Source: a virus | Taxonomy: Duplodnaviria; Caudoviricetes | IMG/VR virus record: IMGVR_UViG_3300046820_001502 | Location: 1 to 56,790 of that record | Length of the DNA stretch: 56,790 bases | Reading direction: 5' to 3' (one strand) | In this document: piece by piece, positions 1 through 9,258 of the stretch | How positions within the stretch are numbered: the stretch's first letter is position 1 | Layout: each line of letters begins with the position of its first letter | Position numbers and translations under genes: made by a program | The notes under the pieces: generated by a model | The model's input: only the letters and a program-made list of their open reading frames with translations | Databases searched by the model: none | What the model was told of the DNA's origin: nothing

Positions 1-3000
1 TTTTTGTATTCAGGCGTTTCTGCCAAATCAGTAAATTGTTTTTTCCAATAATCTTGGAAACTAATGTAATTAGCACTTAAAGCATCCGCAATTATTTTAA
101 TTTGTTCTACAGCGTTAGGATTTGTTTTAATTTCATTTCCACCTTGTAGGTCATTTATTAAAGTCGTTAAAGAATCTGATTTTGTAAATAATGGGGTCAT
201 TAAAATGTAAAATCTGTTGTCGGCACAGCTTTGGAAAAATGTTTTAATTAATGGTATTGTAAATCCACATCCGTCTCTATCAATGGTTGAGGTTGATTCT
301 TTGAAATAACTGTATGTCATGTCGTATGAATCTAAAAATTCATTATAAGTATCTATTGTGTTTTTAACATTAAATGTATATACATCAAATATTGATCCTG
401 ATGTTTCTTGCGGATCAAAGAAAGTACTACCGCTCAAATCATAAATTAATGGTTCGTTTGACGGACTTAAACTACCATCTAATTTTGACGCGATCACATC
501 AAGTTGTCTAAAGATAAAATTCAATTCGTTCTCAACATTAACCAAATTTGTCGTGTTATTTAAAATAACATTTAATAATGCAGTTTGTCTTTCGGTTGCA
601 ATATTTGTTAATTTCTCTTCGAGTTCTCTTTTTTGTTTTGCATTTATGGTATTGTCGGCTAATAATGTTTTTGTAAATGGATCTTCATTTTTAGAAATAT
701 CATCTTTAACTCTCACAACTAATTTTTCAACAAACTCCTGATACTTGTTAGTTTTTCCATAAATAGAAGTTTCTACTTTCTCAGGTGTGAATGGTGATAA
801 CTCACCTTTTGTGTAGTTTCTACTATTGTTTGCGATTTGTAACGCACCATAACCATAATCAGAATTAATTTTACTTAATGAATCGTATTGTGATTTAAAA
901 TACTGAACAAGTTTTTCTTCTAAAGATCCATATAATGTTGTGTAATCCATAACTGTAGCGTCAACTATACTACCAACAGTAGATCCACCTTTCTTAGGTT
1001 GTACACTATTGATTTGAGCTTGTTGTTGTGGAGATACAGGTGGTAATCCTCCTGTAATTTTTTCCACAACATATTGATCTTTTTTGGTGGTGTCTTCAGT
1101 TGGTGTTGCCCTTTCATCATAAATTTCTGTATTAGCGTAGAAGTTAAATGATAAAGCATTTTGTAATTGTTGTACTGGTTCTTTTAATCCCATACCTCCT
1201 ATTACGTTGAACCCCATGCTAACTTTTACGATCATAGGTTGTACACCAATACCTTCAGGATTTAAATCTAATTCGTTAAATGTAAAACCTAAACTTGTTG
1301 GGATTATCTTAGTGTGAAAGAAATCCCCAATTCTTAATACCAATACAGGTGGTGCTCCAAATGATGTATTTAAAGCATCATTATATTTTGGTCTTCCGTC
1401 AGGTCCAATAATAGGAATTGATTGTCCAGGTCTAACACACTGATTTAGGAATGTTAATCGAGCATTCAAACCTTCAGGGGTCATAGAGTGAAACGCAGGA
1501 TCAAAGTATTTGATTTTGTCTTTAATAGAATCAAACACCATAGGATCGGTCTCTTTTATTACCTCAAAATAATCACACTCAGAAAATAAATTTCTAAGTA
1601 TTTGTTTAGAAATCCCATTTTTAATTTTTTGTTCCACAGTAACTTGTGGTTCTGGTTTAATACTTTGAGTTGGTTCAGTAAGAATATTCTGTACGTTGTT
1701 TGGCTTATCGTTATTAGATGTAGTTGCCGTTTCTTTTTCTTGAACTGGTTTTGGATTTTCTTTTTGTTTTGCCCTAATTCTTTGTATATAAACCCTTCGA
1801 CACGCCATAGCAGGAACACTATATACTTGAGAAATTGGAGTTACCGGACTTCCAGGTGCGTCTAAATTTTGTATATCTTGAGTACAATTAACCGAATCAA
1901 ATAAAACTTGACCACCTTGTGCGTTTGTAACGGCATTATCATTAACGTCTGTTGTTCCTGATGCTTCTGATCTTGTTGCCGGTATTGAAATTGTTTCTCC
2001 CTTAGCAATAAGTTTAAGTTTAAAATTTTCCCCTGCGGTATAGTAAGTGTTTATCGTTGTTCCATCATCTAATGGTTGAGCTAAAAACCATTTTAAAACA
2101 GAATCATTTCTTCTTTGAGATAATTTGTCATTATAAGATACAGATGCGGTTGGTGATGCAGACCCCACCATATCAATTTCAACACTTCCACCATTTTTTA
2201 ATATGTCTTTAACTTGTGGTAATAAAGTGTTTTTAATGTAATTAAAGTTACCTTCAACAACATCAGTAAAGAAATTAGGGACTGCAGAACCTGAAAAAAC
2301 CGATCCTCCTTCTGGTTGTACTTTTTGTGGTGCCTTTTCTGTGTAAGTTGTTTTATTTGCAATATAACTATTATACCAATATTCATATGGTTGACTTGCG
2401 ACAATTGCAGTTGAGTTAGTACATTCAGGACAATCGTTATCAAAATAAAAACCTATTCCTTCATACTTAGTCATATCTACATCGGTAAAGACAGGATCAG
2501 TCGCAACTGTCGTACCTTGTTGTCCTCCGTTTTGAGTACCGTCGGCACCTGTTGCAGCTCCAGGTTGGTTTGTTGCCGTGTCCTGTGGTATACTTTCTAA
2601 AACTTGGATTTGTTCTTCTGCAGTTAATCTTGGGTTATTTAATATTTGTTGATATGTATATAAATCTTTTGTTGGTATTGTGTTAAACTTAGCAGCTAAA
2701 TCATATAAATCATATTTTGTACAACCAGCATAAAACGAATCTACAATACTATCTATTCTTTCTTTTTGAACTCCTTTTAATTGTTTTTCAATTATGGTGT
2801 TCATCGCTGAAGGTGTGTCCACAATAATTGTAAATCCTAATTGACCTGTTCTACTTGTGTTCTTATAAGTATAAATTGGTTCAGGTCTACCCATAAAGTT
2901 AGTTTGACTAAAGTCGGGTCTTGAGTCATCGGAGAATGTTAAATCATAAGGTGGGAACCACATAATTCTACCACCATTAGGTCCTTTTTCACAAACAGGT

Positions 3001-4898
3001 AAATCATCGTAAGTAAATCCAGGTCTATCTGAAGTTCTCCAAGCTAAGTTCTCTAAAGAGAACATATATTTTTTAACTTTACCATCTCTAATGTTTGTAG
3101 ACTCTTTACCTCTTAATGGTGCGATGTTCAAGTTATATGTGTTATCTAAAATTGAATAGTCAAATTGTCTTCCTGTTGTTGTAATACCATCTGATTTTTG
3201 TAGATCGGCATAGGTATAATACGGTGTATCTTTTTGGAATACTCTACAATATTCTAATCCTGCCTGTGTTCCATCCGCTTGATTAACATATGATAAAACT
3301 CTTGAACCTTTAGTAATTTCTTTATATCCGTCGTTGAATACTTTTGAAACTTGATTAATTGCGGTACCAACGTGTTTTAATCTTGTCTGACCTTGTACTT
3401 GATCAGCAGCATCTACTAATCTTTGTGTTTCATAAAGAATTGATCCAGGTCTAAATTCAATATCGGTAGATTGATATTGTAAATAATCTGCCGATATCTG
3501 ATTAAAATCGTCATCAAGACTACCTGCACCTCCACCCTGAGTCGCTCTAAACCCTGCGTTAGGTTTGTATTTTGGTGAAGTCCAAACTAATTGTCCTGTT
3601 ATTCCACCACCATCACTATAAGATCTACCTTTTAAACCAAACTTAATTGATTCTTCATTTCCTTCATAAAGGATACTAAGAGCGTCAGGTCCATAAACAA
3701 TACTTTGTTGTTGAACTCCGAATTGATTTACAGGTAATTGGTTTGGTGGTCCGTCAATTTGTGCCGGTTCTGAATTTTCACTACCAACATAATAACCTGA
3801 AGATTGTGCTTTATCTTGATCAAATAATCTATTTACTGCTGCCGATGCTCCTGCAATTAAACCACCAATAAGACCTCTGTTATACGCTGGTCTATAAAGG
3901 TTATAATCTAAAGCCGAGAATAATGCCGATCTTTGACCGTTACCTGTATTAGCAACAAACACCTCAGAAGGATTTCTATACTTGTTTAATATAGGTGCTA
4001 ATAAACCACCCGTTAGATTATTTGCAACACCTAAAGCGGCTTCTGTTTGTGGTTTGTTAATTGGGTTATCGTCATCAAAATAATCTCCCGGTATAAATGA
4101 AACGGGGAAATATGTACCTGTCAATCTATTCGCAAAAGAAACCGCAGCTAAAGCAGGGTTTTCAGGAACCGTAATTTTCCAATTCTTAATAAAGAATGGT
4201 TGTTGTCCTGTCGCCAATAAACTTGCAGATAACGGATCACTAATCGTATCTAAATTAATCGCACCTATTGTTGCTTGTTGTAGTTCTTGTGATATTCTTT
4301 CATTAAACGCAAACTTCAATTGACTTGCACCAATTTTTGCCAAATAACTATCGGAAGATAAAGGTCCGTTTGAACCTACAGGATCATCTTGAAATACGAT
4401 ATTAAATGTAGGGTAAGATGAATAGTTATAGTATAATGGATCCCAATATGGTTGATATATATTACCATTATTTTGTATATCTGTTATAACTACTAAATCT
4501 TTGAATCCTCCTGAAGGACCCCATTTGTTCGTGACATAAGCCGATTCTATGAAAAACTCATTTACAATTAAAAGCGCACCACTTGTAGAAACTGTGTTTG
4601 CTGCGTATGGTCCTTGATTTGGGTTCAGTACAGGCGTTAAATTAACGGCAATAGGAACTCCAAATCCACCTTCAGGCCCATATTCATTTAATGGATATAA
4701 GTCTTGCGCAAATAAATTTGTTGATACAAAATTATTAGGAGAATCTACCACATTCGCAACCGTTAATACAGTTTCAAAATTAATAGGGTTACCAGGTGAT
4801 GTATATGAACCTGGCACGTTGTATGGTGGTAAATTCCTTACCAACAATTGTTTTCTGAATGTTTCAGAACTACCAAAAGACAAAAAACTTTCCGCCAT
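1..4898 (-). CDS. Large baseplate hub / tube-initiator-like structural protein with an OmpA-like segment; runs off the left edge (>1632 aa; absent from the ORF track)
   Basis: ATG at 4898 (MAESFLSFGSSETFRKQLL...); the same frame reads ...DLAETPEYK at the window edge. Contains GRIMWFPPYDLTFSDDSRPDFSQTNFMGRPEPIYTY and FGAPPVLVLRIGDFFHTKII (tube-initiator/baseplate-like) and VGSASPTASVSYNDKLSQRRNDSV (OmpA_C-like). Lies directly downstream of the tape measure gene. Openness was checked only at sampled segments. Confidence 0.75.
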   Translation of the reverse strand, partial: MAESFLSFGSSETFRKQLLVRNLPPYNVPGSYTSPGNPINFETVLTVANVVDSPNNFVSTNLFAQDLYPLNEYGPEGGFGVPIAVNLTPVLNPNQGPYAANTVSTSGALLIVNEFFIESAYVTNKWGPSGGFKDLVVITDIQNNGNIYQPYWDPLYYNYSSYPTFNIVFQDDPVGSNGPLSSDSYLAKIGASQLKFAFNERISQELQQATIGAINLDTISDPLSASLLATGQQPFFIKNWKITVPENPALAAVSFANRLTGTYFPVSFIPGDYFDDDNPINKPQTEAALGVANNLTGGLLAPILNKYRNPSEVFVANTGNGQRSALFSALDYNLYRPAYNRGLIGGLIAGASAAVNRLFDQDKAQSSGYYVGSENSEPAQIDGPPNQLPVNQFGVQQQSIVYGPDALSILYEGNEESIKFGLKGRSYSDGGGITGQLVWTSPKYKPNAGFRATQGGGAGSLDDDFNQISADYLQYQSTDIEFRPGSILYETQRLVDAADQVQGQTRLKHVGTAINQVSKVFNDGYKEITKGSRVLSYVNQADGTQAGLEYCRVFQKDTPYYTYADLQKSDGITTTGRQFDYSILDNTYNLNIAPLRGKESTNIRDGKVKKYMFSLENLAWRTSDRPGFTYDDLPVCEKGPNGGRIMWFPPYDLTFSDDSRPDFSQTNFMGRPEPIYTYKNTSRTGQLGFTIIVDTPSAMNTIIEKQLKGVQKERIDSIVDSFYAGCTKYDLYDLAAKFNTIPTKDLYTYQQILNNPRLTAEEQIQVLESIPQDTATNQPGAATGADGTQNGGQQGTTVATDPVFTDVDMTKYEGIGFYFDNDCPECTNSTAIVASQPYEYWYNSYIANKTTYTEKAPQKVQPEGGSVFSGSAVPNFFTDVVEGNFNYIKNTLLPQVKDILKNGGSVEIDMVGSASPTASVSYNDKLSQRRNDSVLKWFLAQPLDDGTTINTYYTAGENFKLKLIAKGETISIPATRSEASGTTDVNDNAVTNAQGGQVLFDSVNCTQDIQNLDAPGSPVTPISQVYSVPAMACRRVYIQRIRAKQKENPKPVQEKETATTSNNDKPNNVQNILTEPTQSIKPEPQVTVEQKIKNGISKQILRNLFSECDYFEVIKETDPMVFDSIKDKIKYFDPAFHSMTPEGLNARLTFLNQCVRPGQSIPIIGPDGRPKYNDALNTSFGAPPVLVLRIGDFFHTKIIPTSLGFTFNELDLNPEGIGVQPMIVKVSMGFNVIGGMGLKEPVQQLQNALSFNFYANTEIYDERATPTEDTTKKDQYVVEKITGGLPPVSPQQQAQINSVQPKKGGSTVGSIVDATVMDYTTLYGSLEEKLVQYFKSQYDSLSKINSDYGYGALQIANNSRNYTKGELSPFTPEKVETSIYGKTNKYQEFVEKLVVRVKDDISKNEDPFTKTLLADNTINAKQKRELEEKLTNIATERQTALLNVILNNTTNLVNVENELNFIFRQLDVIASKLDGSLSPSNEPLIYDLSGSTFFDPQETSGSIFDVYTFNVKNTIDTYNEFLDSYDMTYSYFKESTSTIDRDGCGFTIPLIKTFFQSCADNRFYILMTPLFTKSDSLTTLINDLQGGNEIKTNPNAVEQIKIIADALSANYISFQDYWKKQFTDLAETPEYK

Positions 4899-4910
4899 TA
4901 ACTTTTATTT

Positions 4911-4917
4911 ATAAATA
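4911..4917 (-). promoter_or_regulatory. TATTTAT putative late-promoter motif (one of about 20 copies; see findings)
   Basis: Recurs upstream of almost every structural gene on both strands. Confidence 0.6.
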
Positions 4918-4949
4918 GATATTAGGTGATTTTTTTTGTAAATATAGAT

Positions 4950-6749
4950 TTACTTATTTTTACCACCATTTGAAGACGAAGGTCCTATACCGTCTAACAC
5001 TACTTTTCTCAAACTAGCGGCAAATGCTGGGTCTTCTAACATTTTTTGTTTGATTTGTGCAACTTCGGTATCGGTTAATTTTAAAGTATTATTATCCCCC
5101 TCAACTTTTAAGTTAAAATTCACGTTTGCGTCAGATTTTGTTTCTACTTGTATTGGTTGTGAGTATGCCTTTTCAACTCTTTCCATTATTGATTTTTGTG
5201 AGATCTCAGTTTGTTTCATGAGGTTGTCTTCTAACCTTGATGTTACTGTACCAAAGTTTGTGAATAACTCGTCTAAGGCTTTATTTTGTCTATCTTTGTC
5301 ACCTGTAACCGCACCAGCGATAACATCCTCTAAAGGTCTGTATATCTCTTCTTGGTTTTTTCTCATGTCCTCAGTAGAACCAACTACATTAGAAAATCCT
5401 TTTGCAACATCTTTATAACTTTCAGATAGAGTACCATAAAATTTAGAAAGTGTTGGACTTGTTGCTTTTGCCATTTTTGCAGATACTTCACCACTTTTTA
5501 AGTAATTAAGGATTTGAGTTGTTTGATCCAATTGGTTCATTGCAATCTCTTCAATACTTTTTGAAGATTCCTCGTTAGCTCTTTGGAGTTGTTTAATATC
5601 GTCAGGTGTTAATTCCTCAACTTTTTTCTCTGTTGTAATTCCTGTTTCAGCATTTCTAACTTGTACCGTCGCAACACCATTTTTCATTTGAGCCATGGAT
5701 GCAATCAACTCTTTTGTTTCATCGTCTCCTGCAAAATTTGGCATTTTAATTTGTTTTAACTTCATTTCAAAGTCTGCAGATTTAAGAGCCATAGCGGCGA
5801 ATTCTTTTCCTGTCATACCAACAGCATCGGCAACTTCTCTCATTCTTCTTTTTGCACCAGGTAGGATTTCCATTTTACCTGTCTTCTCGTTGAATGTTGT
5901 AAATTCTTTACCAAGATTTACCATTTCTTTTTGTAACGCTTCAGGATCGTTTTGTGCCATGTCCATTGCTCTTAACGGATCTAATAAACCACTTGATGTA
6001 ACACCTAATCGTTGTAGTGCTGCTGACATATCAATTGCCTTTTCAGGATTCATTAAATTTTCCGCTTGTTGGAATACGTGGTCCATACTTATACCAAGTC
6101 TTTCTGAAGTTGCCGCCATTTTAGCTAATCCTTTAACACCAGTTTCAAAGTTGTACATATTCATTTCACCCAAATTAGCGACAACTTTTCCTGAAACTCC
6201 TGCAACTGAAACACCAACACTTCTCGCATAATCTGCAACTTCTTTCATTTGGTCTCCAACATCGTAAATTGAAACTCCTACATCTCTAAAACTAGCTGCT
6301 AGTGTTTCAATATTTTCACCTGTAAGTTGAGCAGCAGCGGATAATTCAACAACAGCTTCTTTACCAACACTAGCTGCGGTTCCCAAACCTTTCATTACAC
6401 TTGTTAAATTGGTTGCAAATTGATCTTCACTTATACCTAACTTAGCTAACTCAGGTCCGGCGTCTGCAATTGTTGTTTTGAATTCGTCAATTCTTGCCTT
6501 TGATAACCCAAAGCTTTGTTGTACAGATGTTGCATATTTATCCATATCCTCAAACACTTGAGAATCAAAAGGATTGATGGCACTAGCCATGCTTTTAACC
6601 GTATTATTGACAACACCCGCTAAAGAAGAAACGTTCATAGTAAAGGCATGGAAATCCTGTGAGGTTGAATTCACCATGTTTTTAAATTTTTCTCCTGTTT
6701 GAGAAAAATAATCTTTATTCTCTTGGGTAAAATCTTCTTCCCCTGCCAT
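4950..6749 (-). CDS. Tail tape measure protein (putative)
   Basis: 599 aa, Ala/Met/Lys-rich and helical-looking; canonical position after tube and chaperone genes. Confidence 0.7.
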   Translation of the reverse strand: MAGEEDFTQENKDYFSQTGEKFKNMVNSTSQDFHAFTMNVSSLAGVVNNTVKSMASAINPFDSQVFEDMDKYATSVQQSFGLSKARIDEFKTTIADAGPELAKLGISEDQFATNLTSVMKGLGTAASVGKEAVVELSAAAQLTGENIETLAASFRDVGVSIYDVGDQMKEVADYARSVGVSVAGVSGKVVANLGEMNMYNFETGVKGLAKMAATSERLGISMDHVFQQAENLMNPEKAIDMSAALQRLGVTSSGLLDPLRAMDMAQNDPEALQKEMVNLGKEFTTFNEKTGKMEILPGAKRRMREVADAVGMTGKEFAAMALKSADFEMKLKQIKMPNFAGDDETKELIASMAQMKNGVATVQVRNAETGITTEKKVEELTPDDIKQLQRANEESSKSIEEIAMNQLDQTTQILNYLKSGEVSAKMAKATSPTLSKFYGTLSESYKDVAKGFSNVVGSTEDMRKNQEEIYRPLEDVIAGAVTGDKDRQNKALDELFTNFGTVTSRLEDNLMKQTEISQKSIMERVEKAYSQPIQVETKSDANVNFNLKVEGDNNTLKLTDTEVAQIKQKMLEDPAFAASLRKVVLDGIGPSSSNGGKNK

Positions 6750-6774
6750 AAATTACTTTATTTAATAAATATTC

Positions 6775-6933
6775 TTAGTCAGTTTTTTTATTGTCTTCAA
6801 CATATTTGTTGATTAGATACTTTCTAACGTAAGTAGGCATTTTATAAAACTCTGAATATTGAGTTCTGAAGATTTTGGAAAAATAATAAAATTCGTCTAA
6901 AATGATTGACTTATACTGATATGAAAGGCCGAA
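6775..6933 (-). CDS. Frameshift extension of the tail-assembly chaperone (52 aa, FGLSYQYK...MPTYVRKYLINKYVEDNKKTD)
   Basis: Open +1 frame overlapping the 3' end of 6911..7681 at GAA TTT TTT CGG; no ATG near its 5' end; fills the gap before the tape measure gene. Confidence 0.65.
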   Translation of the reverse strand, partial: FGLSYQYKSIILDEFYYFSKIFRTQYSEFYKMPTYVRKYLINKYVEDNKKTD

Positions 6934-7681
6934 AAAATTCCACCCCAAAAGTAATGTCGACCATTACTCTTTCTCCTGACGGGGCTATAACTTCTTTTAC
7001 TAAATCTAATCTAGGTTCGTTTTCAGCCATAAACCTTCTAATAAATTTTGAATCTCCAATTGGCATTTGTTCCACAAACGTAGCAATATTTGTTCTATCG
7101 GAACTTCCATCTATTTCTACAATTTGACGAGTTATTCTTGTTGTTACAGTTGGCGATACACGACCAACAGGTGTTGACTGTAGAATTCTTTCAATTTCAA
7201 TTCTATCTCCAATAGTTAGAACTTTTAATTTAATATTTTTTTTAGATACAGGAAGAGTCACTTCAAACAACCCATCATCATTTGGTTTTTCTTTAGTTTG
7301 TTTAATGTTTAACTCATCTAACAAAATTGTAGTTGTAAACCTTTGTTCTGTTTTTGGGTCTGTTGATGAAATTGTATATTCAGGGCCAAAAGATGTATTT
7401 CTTAAAAATAAAAGAATCGCCTCAACATCACCATCAATTAATTCTTCAGGTCTTAAATCTCTTTCATATAACTTATTTCTAAGTAATGGTAATATAATAC
7501 TTTCTTGAATTGTTTTTTTAAAGTCGGCATCGGCAATTATGTTTTCGTCAACAGCGGTTAAGTAACCTATCTTAACAGATTTCTTTTTTGATTTGTAAAA
7601 AATACCCATACTTGGTAATGTGATTACATCATGTGGTAAATTAAACTCAGCTTGTCCTGCTGCATATACGTCTTGTTCCAT
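6911..7681 (-). CDS. Tail assembly chaperone / baseplate hub assembly protein (T4 gp26-like)
   Basis: ITLPSMGIFY, YLTAVDENI, LIDGDVEAILLFLRNTSFGPEY motifs; ends in FFRP; lies between tube and tape measure genes. Confidence 0.7.
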   Translation of the reverse strand: MEQDVYAAGQAEFNLPHDVITLPSMGIFYKSKKKSVKIGYLTAVDENIIADADFKKTIQESIILPLLRNKLYERDLRPEELIDGDVEAILLFLRNTSFGPEYTISSTDPKTEQRFTTTILLDELNIKQTKEKPNDDGLFEVTLPVSKKNIKLKVLTIGDRIEIERILQSTPVGRVSPTVTTRITRQIVEIDGSSDRTNIATFVEQMPIGDSKFIRRFMAENEPRLDLVKEVIAPSGERVMVDITFGVEFFRPFISV

Positions 7682-7702
7682 AGTTTCTTTTATTATAAAA
7701 AT

Positions 7703-7740
7703 AAAAAAAGACCTATACTAGTAAAGTAAATAGGTCTTTT
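7703..7740 (-). terminator. Intrinsic terminator after the tail tube gene
   Basis: AAAAGACCTAT...ATAGGTCTTTT inverted repeat running into a T-tract on the minus strand. Confidence 0.7.
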
Positions 7741-7761
7741 ATAATCAAAGTATTTTTTATA

Positions 7762-8250
7762 TTAGTATACCAAGATACAACGGTCCATTCTCATAGATGA
7801 TGTGATAGTTGCAATACCATCTTGTGAATAAGATAATTGTCCACCATCATATTTTGTTAAGAAGGTTCCTTCCAAAATCCATTTCTCAACAACAACACCT
7901 GTTGGGTCTAACATTTCTAAATCCACATTTTTCTTATATCCCGCAGCATATCCCATACGACCTGTAACTGACTCAGCACATAAACGTATCCACTCCATTA
8001 GAGCTTGTGAAGCTGAAGGTCCGATAGGGTCTCTGAAGGTAACACCAAGTTCACCCCAAGTAAATCTACCTGCAACATATGTTGAAGTGTTCAAAAACTG
8101 AATCTCTGTTGCCGCGATTGTTAAACTCGGTCTTGATGTTGTTTCTACATACCACTCGTTGATCCCCAATGAAGAAGGGAATCTTAGAATCCAACGGTTT
8201 TGCCTTTTCGGCTCGTAAGGAATCGGCATTTTCATTAATAAATCAGCCAT
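7762..8250 (-). CDS. Tail tube protein (T4 gp19-like)
   Basis: YEPKRQNRW, YVAGRFTWGELGVTFRDPI, GYKKNVDLEMLDPTGVVVEKWILEG motifs; 162 aa; near the sheath gene. Confidence 0.88.
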   Translation of the reverse strand: MADLLMKMPIPYEPKRQNRWILRFPSSLGINEWYVETTSRPSLTIAATEIQFLNTSTYVAGRFTWGELGVTFRDPIGPSASQALMEWIRLCAESVTGRMGYAAGYKKNVDLEMLDPTGVVVEKWILEGTFLTKYDGGQLSYSQDGIATITSSMRMDRCILVY

Positions 8251-8359
8251 ATCTTAAATTTTCTTTTTTTGTTTTATTTTTATTATAAATAGTGTGAAAT
8301 AAAATTTTTTCTATTTACTTCAAATTTTTTTCAAGTTATATCTTAACTAGTCCTAGTTT

Positions 8360-9190
8360 TTATTCAAATTTAGTTTTCTTTCCTCCTCCAGTATAATAAA
8401 TATCTAATCCAGATTCATCATCAAAATGTTTCTTCATAGTTTGAACATTCTTTAAATCGTCATCTGAAAAACCTATATAAGGTATAAAATAATTACTAAT
8501 TTTGTTTTTCATAAATGCCTTTTCTTGTAGTTTTCTTGAAAGGTCTTGTACATAATTAACAAACTCTCTCATTGCAGTCACTTTAAGTTCCTCAGGGTTG
8601 GCAGCCGAACCTTCACCAAAACTTACAGGGTGGAATCTACACATATCTAAATACACCTTAATTAATTCGTCATCAGAAAGTTCGTCCTCGTCTGCAAGGT
8701 CTCTATATTTTTTAAGATTTTTAACAATCTCTGATTTATTTAAACCGTGTTTATTATTTTGAATTAAATTATAAACAGCCTGTTTTAATACCGAAGGGGT
8801 GTGTCCTCTTGCTGTTACAATGGCAAAAATGGATCCATTATTCACCGCCTCAACAAAGTCGTCCCACGCAGGACCAATAGGGGCTTTCATAGAGTCTGTT
8901 AAGAATTTTTTATCACCCGTAACTCTGAAGTCTCTAAAAGCATCGTCGTCAAAACCTGCGACAGTGTGACCTTCATATTCGAAAGGTTCTTTTCCAATTT
9001 CAGTTCGGTATTCAGCAAAGTCTTCTGTAGACATCCCAACACTATTACCTTTATCATCCTTCAAATATATTTTAGTTGGCATATACATAAGGTTATCATC
9101 CCAATCAAAAGCATAATACTTCATCGTAGGTTTCATTTGGTCCTGAATAATTTCTGATATTATTTCTTTAACAATTTTTTTGTGATACAT
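8360..9190 (-). CDS. HAD-superfamily phosphatase-like protein
   Basis: Motif I FDWDDNL, motif II IVTARG, motif IV GFSDDD. Confidence 0.65.
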   Translation of the reverse strand: MYHKKIVKEIISEIIQDQMKPTMKYYAFDWDDNLMYMPTKIYLKDDKGNSVGMSTEDFAEYRTEIGKEPFEYEGHTVAGFDDDAFRDFRVTGDKKFLTDSMKAPIGPAWDDFVEAVNNGSIFAIVTARGHTPSVLKQAVYNLIQNNKHGLNKSEIVKNLKKYRDLADEDELSDDELIKVYLDMCRFHPVSFGEGSAANPEELKVTAMREFVNYVQDLSRKLQEKAFMKNKISNYFIPYIGFSDDDLKNVQTMKKHFDDESGLDIYYTGGGKKTKFE

Positions 9191-9212
9191 ACTAATAAAT
9201 ATTGTGTTTAAT

Positions 9213-9240
9213 AAAAAAGGGGAACGTTTGTCCCCCTTTT
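9213..9240 (-). terminator. Intrinsic terminator after the tail sheath gene
   Basis: AAAAGGGG...CCCCTTTT stem followed by a T-tract on the minus strand. Confidence 0.65.
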
Positions 9241-9258
9241 CTTTTTTTATAACTTAAA

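Noticed and set aside
553-2443. Short ORFs listed in the first 2.5 kb
   Set aside because: All lie within or antisense to the long 4898->1 reading frame
8314-8359. Plus-strand TTTACT-N17-TATATC element and AACTAG-TC-CTAGTT palindrome
   Set aside because: No downstream plus-strand gene; too short to distinguish from chance in AT-rich DNA
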